NCBI GenBank assembly: GCA_035084275.1
Contig: CM068748.1
Coordinates: 15,748,001 to 15,812,000 of the forward strand
Source of the DNA: Hydrolagus colliei
Taxonomy: Eukaryota
Direction: 5' to 3'
Length of the DNA: 64,000 nt
Both the position numbers and the translations under genes were made by a program. The notes under the pieces are model-generated. The model ran no database searches and had not been told where the DNA came from. It saw nothing but the letters and a program-made list of their open reading frames with translations. This document shows, piece by piece, positions 1 to 12,700 of this stretch (the first letter of the stretch is position 1; every line of letters starts with the position of its first letter).

Positions 1-334
1 ATATATCTAGATCTAGACGGACTTTCTCTAGATATTTGTTTTTAGTGCATTTGGGATTTAAAAAAAAAAAATTTATTCAGTATTGGCGCATGCATAAATA
101 CTTAACGATGTCACGTGGGCTCACTGATTCCCTTCCTCCGCCTACTCATTCTGAATTTTTTGAATGTTTGTTATCAACTCACAGGGCTTTTTCATTCCAA
201 ATACTGTTTGTTTCATTGTTGACTGAAATGAACATTTTGCTCTAACATAACGCCAGAACAAATGCAATTATTAGTATTTTGCAATTATTCATTTATTTCT
301 GCAAAGTAAGAAAACTCTTTATTGCTTTGAGTTC

Positions 335-505
335 GGTAGTGTGTGTGGAGGGGGTGTTGTTTGTGTGTGTGTGTTGGCGGGGGGATTGTGTGTTTGGTGC
401 AGGGTGGTCTGTGTGTGTGAGGGAGTTGTGTGTATGAGGTGGGAGGTGAGTGTTCGCATTTGTGTGCGGGGTGGATTGGGCCCACATTTGTGTGAGGAGT
501 GGGTT
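335..505. repeat. GT-rich low-complexity tract
   Basis: degenerate (GT)n/GTGTGTG runs. Confidence 0.8.
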
Positions 506-871
506 GCAGTCGGGATCCTGGTTCCAACAATATTCAAAGTCTCCATATCGCTTCAACAAAATCCATTATCATTCAAATCTGATTGGTGGATCCCAAACGC
601 TTTGTTGCAACAACAACATTGAAGCACGATGAAGGATTTTGAATTATGAGCTATGATTTCAAGCTCTGAGGTAGTCAGCCAGTGTTCATTTCTGGTTGCA
701 TACACAGTAATGTCATGTCGTGAATAGTGAGGTTAGATTATGGAAGCGTTAACTGAATTGGAATTTTATAATGTCTTCTAATTGGGTTCAACTGTGTCTT
801 TTTCGGCAGTTTATTTTTTTCTGTTACATGGATTTGCATTAAAGTGATTATTGCACATGATTGCATTACAG

Positions 872-964
872 GAAGAAGCATGATGAAAAATTTGGACTTT
901 GAAGACTGCATCTTTCCAGACCAAAGCAAAATGTGGTAAAGCAACATGGCTGAGGATTGTGTCG
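872..964 (+). other. candidate alternative 5' or poison exon in DLG5 intron 1
   Basis: ttacag|GAAG...GTCG|gtaagt, 93 nt phase 1-1; in-frame TAA at 937-939, then Kozak-like aacATGG at 946 in frame with exon 2. Confidence 0.35.
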
Positions 965-3900
965 GTAAGTAAATTATTTGTTGTTTTTGTTAATACAGTA
1001 GAAGGAAATTTCAGTGACAATGTTTTAAGGCAGACAAGATTACTTAGTATAATGCTCAGATGAACTGATGTCTTTTGCAGGATGTATTTTTTCTAAAAAA
1101 TGGTTCCAGGTTTGAAATCCATAATTTTCAAGTTTCTAATCGATATTTATTTGAGTTTAGGCTAAACATTTCAAAACTGCATCCTGGAGAGATGACAGAG
1201 AGATGACACTGTTCAAGATGAAGTTTGTTAGATGATTTGTGTTTTTGTACAAACTGAGCAAAACACTGGATTATTGATAATGCTCTTTTTGTACGAGTGA
1301 GGTAAATGTGACTTGCCAAATAGTACCTTTGCTATTTGATATTTCAAAGGAAAACTTGAGAACCTGGGCAACTGAATCATTCAAGCAAAACATATCATTG
1401 TAGTCATGGGAAGTCAGAACAGTTGGTTATGCCATTTGCTAGGTTGCAAGCTCTTTTCATTGTGGCTACTTTTTAACCTTTGATATCTTCTTGTCTACAT
1501 GTCGTGCTTTCAATTATGAGAATAATAAGAATCAGTCATTTCAACTGCTCCACTAAATTTTATTTATCAAAACTAAGAAAATGTGGCTTTTTTAACCTGT
1601 TACATGCTGAAGAAAACAACATAGTAATTGCATGTCATGGAAAGTCCAGCAAGTGGGTTCTGCATGAACAGGAAGCATTTGACCAAGCAAAAGTGTTTGA
1701 TATACAGATATCTTGTTTGCTGTTTCTGTGTTAAAATTGCACAGTGAGCTTGTGTCAGTGGTTTGTTTAGTCTAGTTTTCGCATACGGGTATTTTACTGA
1801 TCATATCGCCCTTTAAACATGGTTGTGTGGATTCAATTAATTCCAGAGTGTTATTTATAGTGGTATGACCTAATTGTTTCTTTGTTCACATAAATCTGCT
1901 GTACTGTCAATGCTTGAACACTTTATAACTGAGACTCAGTGATGCTGTTTACAGAGCAGCATTTCAATCCAAATTTAGTCAGTTAATATACCATACACAA
2001 TATCTTGTTATGGTTGTGTTAATGAATGTGATATTCTTTTGGTTACTGGCTGGAAATGGAATAATATAAAATGCAAATAACTGACTTACTAATTAAAAGG
2101 GTGCTGGCATCTGGAATTTGGTTCTTAACAGTTAAATTCCTGTATGAGAATCAACAAGGGTAATTGACCTTCAATACTTGTGAATATCTCAATGATTCAG
2201 TTGAAAATAAACTTGTAGAGCATTGCTTAAAAAGGTGTTAAAATGCTTTCTGCCTTTACTTTTGAAAATGGTATCTATTGAGATGAGCATTTCCATCCTT
2301 TCAAACTCATTGTTTTCTCTAGAATTGAATTGAGATTCCCAACCAGTCTGCCATGTTTTACTTTGGGAGTAAAATGTGCTGATGTTTATGGTGTCAAGGA
2401 AACAACGGTGATGTTTGCAAGAAAGCAAAGTCTCTGAAGGATTATCATCATGTGTAGACGCTAGATTTTTTTGTGCTTTGTAGGTCTGAACTAAAGATGG
2501 TTATTAAGAAAGGTGAAATTTCCTTAAACTAGTCAGAAGTACCAATACATAATGTCTTTCCTTCTTTGCCTGTTCTACCAGACCACCCCTGCCATCCTCC
2601 TCAGGAGCACCAATGAGCTTTCAGTATTTAAAAATATTTAGTGCATCCATCAACAATTTCCACGTGTCTCCACACTGATCTCTTGCTTTGAGTGTTCTGG
2701 CGAGGTATTGTGTTCTCGGGTAACATCGCGCATTTAATTATGGCACCTTATGCTATTGAGATATCTCATAGTGCTTCATAGGATACAGTGGAAAATGTGT
2801 ATTTCGGGGTGGACATGACAGCCAATTTGCTCACAGCAATATCGCACATCAACTGTGGACTGAGTCACCACTTTTATTTGGGGAATATTTGAAACTTCAT
2901 TCTCTTTTCAAACGGTGCTTTGAGCCCTTCTAAACAAGCAGACGGGGACATCAGTGTGGCGTCTCGTCCAAAAGACAACACCTCCCAACAATGGCATTCA
3001 CACAACACTGCATTTGAGTTTTAGCAAAGACTATATGAATTCCAATGGCAACTTGGTGTTTGAACCCACAACCTTTTGACTCATATGCCTGAGTCAAACT
3101 GACACCAATGAGAGGATTGTTGATTGGGACAAAGGATAAATAATCTTTCCAAAAAGCTCCATATCTGTTTATGGGGAAATTGCTGTATGTAACTGGCTGC
3201 TGCGTTTCACCTACAAAATATATAGTCCATTCACTTTACAGTATATTCTGTGATGCGCTTTGAGACATCTCAATTACATGATAAGGTCCTATATCAAATT
3301 CTATTATTGTTAAAGTGGAAGCATCAAACCTTCATCCCCATTCCGCAGGTTGAGAGAAGTTTTCACCACAGTGGTTGTCTTGTTTGCTGGTTATCCTGTG
3401 GATAGCTGTGAAACCATAGACCAAATCAACCAATGTAGTATGTTGAAGAGAAAGAGAACAAATCTTCAGTCCACAGTGTGTTCAATTTGTGTACTGAAAT
3501 TTTGTTTCTCAACTTCCACTGAAGACCAATAACTGTTAATATTAAATAAAGATGGTGAATGAAGAAAATCTGCCAAGGATGCAAGAAAATACAGAAAATG
3601 GTTTACTCACTGTGATTGAAACATAAAGAAATCTGTGTGTAACATGCATGATAATTACTATAACATAGTTTAGTTTTCTAGATGTATTGGTTATGAATGC
3701 TTCATACTTTTATATCAGTACTATTTTTAACCTGAATAAAAGCATGTGACAGCCTCGATCCATTGCTCCTTTTGCAAGCAAAGAATTCACTAACAACAGT
3801 AAATCAATTAGAGCGAAGAGTGGGTTTTATGTTTTAGGGAATTGATCATATTGGCAAGGGCTGAGGAGAGTTTATTTTGAAATCTGATATCCACTGAAAA

Positions 3901-6900
3901 GAATTTAAAATATGAAATAATTGCCTGACCTGCACTTTAATGCGGGGAAACCTCACGACAAAGCAGTCAGTTGGGTCCGACTGTTTCAATGACCTGCAAG
4001 TCAGGAAAAAAATTGGCTATCTTCTGAGTCTTCTTTGGATTGCCTAATACGTTTTATCAACCCATTTTGCAGTGGAGCTTGAAATGGCTCGTACTAGCTG
4101 CATTTATACCCAAACACTGCAAATTGCTGCACTGCTGAAATCACCAAAAGTGATATCAACCTGTCAAATTGACTTGTAAATTATTGTACAAAGTAGAACT
4201 GAACTACCACTCTCCCATTATCCCTATGATTTCCAGCATGTTCACACTGTACTTCAGTGAGAAAATTCTCCTGCCAGCATATTGCCAAATATATTTCTTT
4301 ACTCGTTTTGTATTACTATCACAACAATATACCCTCCTTTTTAAACAGATTTCAGTGTAGAGTTTAAAAACTGTTGTTCTAAATACTGTAGGCTGTTTAA
4401 AATAAGAGATTTGAGAAATTGTTAACTTATATAAAAAGCATACTTTTTTAATGTAAATATAACTCCATTTTGAGGCCACGTGCTGATTATGGGGGGTGGA
4501 GGGCTGTTAAGCATGGAGAGCAGTGCTGCATTCAGCAGGATGCTTGGAGAATTAACCAATGTCAAGCTTATAACAGTTGTAGCTGCTAAGGAGTTTTGCA
4601 CGAGCCTTTTTACACCAATTGTTTTAGACATGTATACAGTTCCTGTTGCAGGTGCAGAGCACTTTAGCTACAAAATGTATTTCTTGTTTGAAATGTTTAT
4701 GTAGGTCTCCCAAAAGCTCAGTGTTGAGACAAACCCATCTGATGTATTGTTGAGCCAAACAAACCAGGAGAATCTGATCCTGTACTAAGCCTGCTGATCT
4801 TTATTAATGTGTCTAGTAGTGTTCATCTTAACATTCCTGGCCTGTGTTGAGGGAAAATAATCAGCTAAAGATTGTAGCTCCTAATCAATATCCAGGGATC
4901 TGTTTAAACGAGTAGATATATTCATCTGACAAATCTTGTCAGAGGACAAGATTTGGGCCAGACTAGTGGTTGTTGCAATCAGCAGTCATTGTCTTCGAAC
5001 AGAGTTACAATAAGTTCCTGATAAATCGTCATTCGAAGGGAAAAAGGTTCAGTGAGGAGTTATCTGCAGAAGTGAGTTAGGCATACTGTACAGATACATA
5101 CATAAATGTCGCCAGCATATTGTCAAATTTATAACTTAAATTATCATGGGACGTGCTCCCAACGTGAAAAGCGCAAATTACAACGGTGTAATTTTGTAAT
5201 GTATTTTGCAAGCACTTGTGACAAGTTAGGCCAGAGTTGAGTTTACTGTACCTCTATACACTTGAATGTGCTTTGTATTTTCATATGGTTCAAATGGCAA
5301 TAAATAAATTGCGAAGCTGGAACAATATTCCATTCTGATTTGATCAAATTACAACCAAATACAGACAAACTCACAAGTCGTGTCAATCAGGGCCAAAACA
5401 TTTAATATGACATGCATGAAGTATGGGTTACAGACAAACTCACATAAATTATATCGGGCAACTTTATATGGCTTATGGCAGTATGGTCCAATTGGTGGTC
5501 CGTGCACAGCATCTGGGAGGGGGTAACAGATAGACACCGAGTGACGTGCTGTGCAGTTTCCTCATAGATAGATCCCTCTATGTCCAGTGAAAAATTCCTT
5601 TACATTCTTTATTCCAACCCCCCTCCACACCTTATTTCTGCAACCTCCCTACCTGACTGTTCCCTTTGTAAAGCGAACACAAATTTGCTTTATATCCCCC
5701 AATCCCATCTACCCCACCACCACTATTTTGCCCCAGCTCTCTGAAGTTCCAAGAGTCACTCCGATTTCTACGAGTTGATAATTCTGACTCTGTTCGGCTT
5801 GTGTTTGAAAGGTCTCACTTGCTGCAGTACTGACAATAATGTGCACTGGTCTCTCAACTGCTTATTCAGACCTGAGATCTATTACAGAGCCGATTGATTT
5901 TTTTAAATTGTTTATAGAGGGAAAGAATAAGTATCATCTCAGAGAAAATATTTGTTAACAGAATCCTGTATTTTCATTCCACTGGAAATGTGATTATCGC
6001 TTTGAGTATGACTTATTTTTCATCAAAATGTTCCATTGATTTTTAAAATCCTTTTTTGTATTGATCTACTTCCCTCCAGAATTGATTCTTTTTATTGCTT
6101 TATATTTTGTCATATAACAGAGACATTAAACAATTTTTATAGTTGGACATTAATTCAGTAAGTTCTGCACATTATTTTTTTCCTTACACATAGCTCTCTC
6201 TTCTACCTTTGCAATTGACCCTTCATCCACAGTAAGAATCTATGAACACATTTACTTGCGTTTTGTATCTTATCACTGGCTTTTATCTCCATGTAACCCC
6301 ATATACTGTAATAAACTCTCCATTGTTTAATCTGTTGTAATTGTGTACATAGTGAGGACTCAGTTTCTGGCTGTCAAGTGAAGTTGCCAGGAGCTCTCAG
6401 TGACAAGTTGTTCCACCTCCTCCCCCACCTTCCCCATCAGATTCCCTTTGTTGAAATGCTAGTTTCCTAATAGAAGAGTAGGAGTAAAATATGATCAAAG
6501 CCTGTGTATTTGTGACGAATGCAAACAATTATTGCTGAAATAGTGCTGCACATGAAAGTGTTCCGGTGTATGACGGCTTTAACCTTGTCGGGATTGTTCC
6601 TGCTCAGTCACATGACTTACTGGAAGAAATAATTGTTTCACTGTGTACTCTGCCCTTTCTGACAGCTACGGGCCACATAGATCCATGGGAAAGAACAACC
6701 ACTGAGGCAAAGTGTGGCGAATCCACGTAATGCTGCCAATGTTCAGGCTCATTGTTTTCACTGGTGAAATGCAAAAGGGCTTTTGTAAGCTGTGTCTGTT
6801 CCCATTTCAATCGAGTACTCTGGTCCCCCACAGCAAGTTGGATTGTTGCCAGCTCATCTAATTCAAGGCCTAGAGATCGACGTACAGTAAAGTGAAGTGT

Positions 6901-8549
6901 TTGTCAAGCTGTCACCTCGGTAAATGTTGCTTGTGATTGAGGAGAAGTTGAATCGGATATCACCGATAGGAGAGTAGCGATTCACCACTTTCTGGAGGGC
7001 ACAACAATTTTGTTTTTTTAAAAAAAAACACAACAAACTAAATTTTGATTGCCAAAATTCTAATACCTGTAGATATGTTAAGCTGTTAATTTTGCTTCAT
7101 GGTCAGCTAGTATAAACTGATCAGAAAGATGAGATTTTGCACAGAGATTGGAGAAAGATTTAGGGGCTTGTTCATCATTTTAGCCAGTTTGGTAAACCTC
7201 CTTCTCATTCTCTTGTTGATTTTGATGTTATTTTCGTTTTGATGTGATGAATCTATTTCCAATATGGTCTAAGTTTATATCTTTATAAACATTTAGGTAT
7301 AAATATCTGACAAAATTGAGATTGTAAAATGAAGCATAAAAGATAGCTAAAACGGATTCATGTATTTCAAGTTGAAAATATCCTTGTTTAACATTTTATA
7401 GATAAAAAGAGGCCAGGCGCTTTGCTATCTCTTGCTGCGTTGTTTTCCTTCTCAATCTATTTTGTTTGTCCTTCCCATACACATACCCACAAACCTCTTA
7501 GTTGTTCATTTCTGTTTGTGTTCATCTGTTTCACTGTCAGTGTTTCATTTTGTAGCTTTCTGCCAGTCTTTGTCCTCAATATTATTGTCTCTTTCTCTCA
7601 CTCTGAATTTGCCAATCTTTCTCTCTTGTCCTGTATGTGCCAATCACTCTCGTTCAGTTTCTGTAGGTTACAAAAGTTTATCTCCCTGTTTGTCTTGCTC
7701 CTCCTCCATTTCTGCCACTGACTATCAGTCCTCTGTGTTATGTCCCCCTTTTCTATCTACATTATATAATATTATTTAAGTAGTGTGTGTATATTTCCCT
7801 CTCTCTGTATTTGGATGTGACACTGATGTTTTTCTCTGTCACTCTTATGTCACTTCTCTGTCAGTCTGTATGTGCCACTTTCTTCTTATCAATAAATCTG
7901 CCCATCACTAACCTTTCTAATGCCCACTAGCTGCTGGGTGCCTCAATTTGTCTCTTGATATCATATCACTGTTTCTGAGGTAGGCGGCGAAGGAGGTCAG
8001 TCAGTGACTGGTTTTGGGAGAGGTCGCTGATAAGTACCCATACTCTTGGCCAGGTTCCCTGCCTATTTTTCAAGGCTAGATTTAGCACCTCAGGATCCAT
8101 GGATTTGGGGGCATTAAAGACACCAAATCTTTGGATTCAGATTGCAATCCCAAGCTGGATTAATGTTGATTTACAGCTGGCATGATCCTTAAACTGTGGA
8201 CTCTTTAGCCGTAAAACACAATTTTAAAGCAATTGTGTGAGTGATGTACAGCTCATGAAGAAAATACATTTTATATCCTTCTTTTAAAGTATTATTGAGG
8301 TGGTGAAAAGTATGCGGTAAAATTCAAACCTGATCAGAGGTTCATGCCCAATTTGTTTTAAGTTGTTTCGGCACCCCTGACACAGATAACACCCTTTCTG
8401 ATGATGCACTGCTGATTCAGTGCTGGAGCATGTCTGCAGGTGGCCTGAGGCGACCAGCATTGCCCATGAAGAGGATGTTCACGTTAAGACAGATCAATCC
8501 ACTCTCACCTTGCCACATTTTGTCATGTTTACTTCCCACAATATGGATA

Positions 8550-9229
8550 CCGTATATCCCCGTGTATAAGGCGCACTTTTTTTCAGGTCGGAAGATCTCG
8601 AAAGTTGGGGGTGCGCCCTATACGCAGGAACAAGCAATTTTGAGCCTCGGAGATACAGTAAACAGGAGGGGCGGCCAGCACGCTGTCAGCCGGGGTTTGG
8701 TCAGTGTCCGGCGGGGGTTGGGAGGAGCGGGTGACGGGGCTTCGGCCTCGGCCGCCCGGGCAGCGGCAGCAGCAGCGGACTTCAGTGCTGTGCTTACCTT
8801 CGGCCGAACCCAGTCTGCCTGCCTCCCTCCCTGCCGCTCTCCCTGCCTGCGTGCCGGCCTGCCTCTCTCCCTCTCTCTCTCCCGGGCTGCCGGCCTGCCG
8901 CTGTCCCTCTCTCCCTCTCTCTCTCCCAGGCTGCCGGCCTGCCGCTCTCCCTCTCTCTCTCCCGGGCTGCCGGCCTGCCTCTCTCCCTCTCTCTCTCCCT
9001 CCCTCCCTGGCTGCCGGCCTGCCTCTCTCCCTTTCTCTCCCTGGCTGCCGGCCTGCCTCTCTCCCTCTCTCTCTCCCGGGCTGCCGGCCTGCCTCTCTCC
9101 CTCTCTCTCTCCCTGCCTCCCTCTCTCCCTCCCTGGCTGCCTGCCTCTCTCTCTCCCTACCTACCTGTCTCTCCTCCCTTCTGCCGGCAATATCATTGAA
9201 AATGCTTCCGTTTTTTTTCACCAAGAAAA
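8550..9229 (+). mobile_element. Tc1/mariner-superfamily (Tc2/pogo-like, CCGTA termini) non-autonomous element, one end truncated, internal 36-bp minisatellite
   Basis: TA|CCGTATATCCCCGTGTATAAGGCGCAC terminus; near-identical reverse complement of 51274-52095; second TIR missing. Confidence 0.85.
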
Positions 9230-9600
9230 ATTGTTTGGACAATAAGCGGGGTGGAATTGTTTGGACAATAAGCTGTTGATCGGGATACACAATGAATGCA
9301 TTATTAAGATAAACAGTACATATGATGTAGATGACAACTGTTTTTTGTTGGGGTAAATATTTTGAAGAGGAAGAATTGAATTTGCCCCAACATTTAATGT
9401 CATTTCAAACTGTTTTTTTTTAATACTTCTCAAACCATTAGCTATCCATGTGGCTTTGAACTTTCTTACTTTCTTAATGAAGAAACTTGTCACAGTTGGT
9501 ATTGTAAGTATAGAGGACACACTGACTAGGCCATTGGTTGCATTAAAAAAATATTAAGTAAGCCCAAGCTGTGTGTGTTTTTTTAAAAAAATGCATCCTT

Positions 9601-9644
9601 TCTACCCAATATCATGCCAAATGATTGGCATGATATTGGGTAGA
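9601..9644. repeat. perfect 20-bp inverted repeat with 4-nt loop
   Basis: TCTACCCAATATCATGCCAA-ATGA-TTGGCATGATATTGGGTAGA. Confidence 0.95.
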
Positions 9645-9693
9645 GGGTGAATCATATTCTTGACTCCTTTTGTATCTTTTCTATTTTATTTAG

Positions 9694-9762
9694 GATCTAC
9701 ATACAGTGTGCTTTCAACAATGCCCTCAGACTCTGAAAGCAGTAGCTCTCTCAGCAGCATTG
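9694..9762 (+). CDS. DLG5: DLG5 exon 2 (69 nt)
   Basis: tttag|GATCTACA...AGCATTG|gtgagt; [24 protein letters not shown]; phase 1-1. Confidence 0.95.
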
Positions 9763-12700
9763 GTGAGTTCTCATTCAACAACAACAACAACAACAAATTA
9801 CACTTATAAAGCGCCTTTCACGTTGGGAGGACGTCCCAAGGCGCTGCACAGGAGGCGTATGACCCGAGCTGGGAGGGGGGTGTTTGGGAAGGGGTGAAAC
9901 AAGTAGGGGAGGTCAAAGAATTCGGGGTGGAACAAAAGGCACAGTCGAAGAGGAAAGTCTTCAAACCGGCCTTGAAAGAGGAAAGGGAAGAAACGAGACG
10001 GAGGGATTGTGGGATGGAATTCCATGGGTTCGGAGCAGAAAAACTGAAAGCCCGGCCTCCGATGGTGGGGTGGTTCGGGCGGGGGGCTTGGAGCAGGCCA
10101 AGTCCTGCTGAACGGAGGATCCGGGTGGGCTTGTAGGGGGAGAGTAAATTGGTTAAATAGGGCGGGGCAAGGCCATGTAAGGCCTTGAAGGTGAGGACGA
10201 GGATCTTGAACTCGATCCTCGAGGATGGGGAGCCAGTGGAAACGGGCGAGGGTGGGGGTTATATGGTCGCGGAGGCGGGTGCGGGATAGTACACGGGCTG
10301 CAGAGTTTCACTTGCCTCTACACAACTATCTGTAGTCTTCTCTAACGAAAGCGATAAAATGTAATACCTTTGAAGGTCTGGCACTCTGAACAAGTCTTGC
10401 ATGCGTAGTTCTGCAGTTAAATGTGAAACTGTCAGCTCTTATCTGCCCCATAAGTGGTGGGTGTTATTTTGACCAAACTGCCCCCATTCTCTGGAACTCA
10501 CCTCAGTGTCCTTTCAACTTGTTCTCTCCCTCACCTCGTTCAAGGTCCATCTCAAGACGGATATCTCTTTCACTGCAATGTTGGTTCTTACTTGGTACTT
10601 ACTCCTTAGTAAAGCCTCTGAAAGCTCAAGATGAACACAGCGGGTTGTTTACTTTCTGAGTTACGTCCTGGAGGTTATGAATAATCTCCTGTTCTTTTTT
10701 GCATAGGTACCAGCACATCTGGTAAAACTGTTTCTCCTCCACCAATACACATGGACACCAGGCAGATGAGTGAAAAGTTGGAAGCCATTGTGTTTCAACT
10801 CAGACAGGTCACTCGTGAGAGGGATGAGCTTCGCAAGCAGCTTGCACTTTCTTCTCCTGGGTCTACTTTTGACGACTGTAGGTAAGGACCTTGAAACCAT
10901 GTTTGAGCCACTGAATGATCCAGAGAATCAAAGATTAATTGCAAGAGTTAATGCAGTCATCTTTCGCACCTAACATAGATTTATTAAGGTTAAATTTCCT
11001 GTGTAATAAAATGTTTAACTTAAAACTTATTCCCTTTAATACAATTGCAACGCCAGTTCAATAGCTTAATTCTCTGCTGCTAATGTACAAGAGATGCAGT
11101 ACTTCTGTCTTGTTGAATGATCTCTGATGCGTACTGAAGCAGCTGCAATTGTTTCATGCAACATTCAATGTCCACAGATCTCATTTGCTGAATCTCTGTA
11201 GCTTTGTCTGCAGTGACAGCTTGATTTTGCATTTGGTCATTCCCACTGCCTGTGTTTTGACAGGCCCAGCCCAAAACCAAGTCATGACTATGAAAGATTG
11301 AAGATGCAGTGCATGAAGGCAATGTCAGATCTGCAGTCTCTGCAGAATCAGCATACAAAAACACTGAGGAAGTGTGAAGAGGCAGTCAAAGAGGCAGATT
11401 TGTATCAGTAAGTACAGTGATTGGAGTGTAAAGTGAAGAGCCAAAAAGTATGTAATAATCTTTTAGCCGATGACGATGTCCATGCTACTATTCTGATATT
11501 TAATCATTGTATTCAATGTTGTAACAAGGTTTTGTGAAACTGCATCCAGAATGTCCCAGATTGTTTGATTATAGATTTAAAGATTATTTGAGAAGAATTC
11601 AGTTGGATTATTCTTACTGAACATCATGAATAGGATAACATTAATCCAGTGTGATAAATTAATATGCAGCGATAGTTAAAATAACAATTACAAAGGCCCA
11701 TTAATATAACAGAAATAACATTTGAATTAAGTTACGAAGCTTTAATCTAAAAGGTCAAATAATATAAACCGTGAAAGTGGTTATATAATATATGTACAGT
11801 ATTTTATTAAAATCATACATGGATGATTTAATTTTGCTTACAATAAGGTTTGGTGCCTGCAACAGTTGTTGTTGCACATGATAATATTGTTTGCTCAGTA
11901 GTTTGAGATTGGCAGGTTTATCTTCAGTTGATGGCAGCAAAATTCTGATCTCTGGTGTTTGTTCTGTAAAGAACATTAGATGGAAGCGCTAGATTGCAAT
12001 AGCAATGTGGCATGTTGAGAGTGAAGCTCAAGCTGTTCCCTTGCCACCGGTACATGAAAATAGATTATTACTCTCCAATGCTTTCGGTATGTATATTGTA
12101 ATTGTCTGTTTGTGACCAACATTTATTGTCGTAATGTAGGTTCATGGAGAGGTTATTTCGGATGGAGAGTTGTACAGTTCACTGCGCTTAATGTGATTTG
12201 ACCGATTACCCATGGGAGTAGGAATTAATGTTTATATTTAAACCCTATCATTCTGTCTCATCTTATGAAATTGTTTGACCATTCTGTAAAATGATCAATG
12301 TTTTACAATTCACTTGCAAAGAGGACAATGAAACTGGATTCACTAAACATAAATATTTCTGATCTCATGCAAGTATAAAATGATAAATTGATACCCTTGT
12401 AAATGTATCCCAAAATAAGTAATATAACTACAGATAACCTGAATTGGTGTCCCTGTCTTTATTATGTGTGAAAATTCCAAGATATTTTCATTTTATTAGC
12501 TTTACTCCCCTTTGGCTTCCAATTGGGTTTCAATTGAACTTTTAAGTTCAGATGAGAGGTGTCTCCAAGAATACATTTTCATATCCTGCATTTGATGTCG
12601 AGCTTTACATTGTTGAAGCATCTCAAAGTGCTTCACAGGATTTCCTCTGAAGTGTAGTTAATGTGTTTTTAAGTGAACGCAGCAGCCAATTTATGCACAG

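Noticed and set aside
285-632. Cluster of ORFs on both strands
   Set aside because: GT/CA low-complexity tract
5360-5444. 16-bp direct repeat TACAGACAAACTCACA
   Set aside because: Probably an unidentified repeat remnant; no TIR, LTR or TSD structure could be established
7422-7779. Hydrophobic 99-115 aa ORFs
   Set aside because: CT/GT-rich degenerate simple sequence gives spurious hydrophobic translations
8800-9180. 36-bp repeats as a possible CRISPR array
   Set aside because: Units are tandem with no unique spacers, there are no cas genes, and the context is a eukaryotic intron
8430-9290. Overlapping 191-271 aa ORFs on both strands
   Set aside because: Produced by the stop-free 36-bp minisatellite inside a MITE; low-complexity peptides, no domain
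1-9693. Search for the DLG5 CARD exon 1 and main promoter
   Set aside because: No CARD-like coding segment or CpG-island promoter seen; the only CpG-rich block is the MITE, so exon 1 is inferred to be upstream of the window
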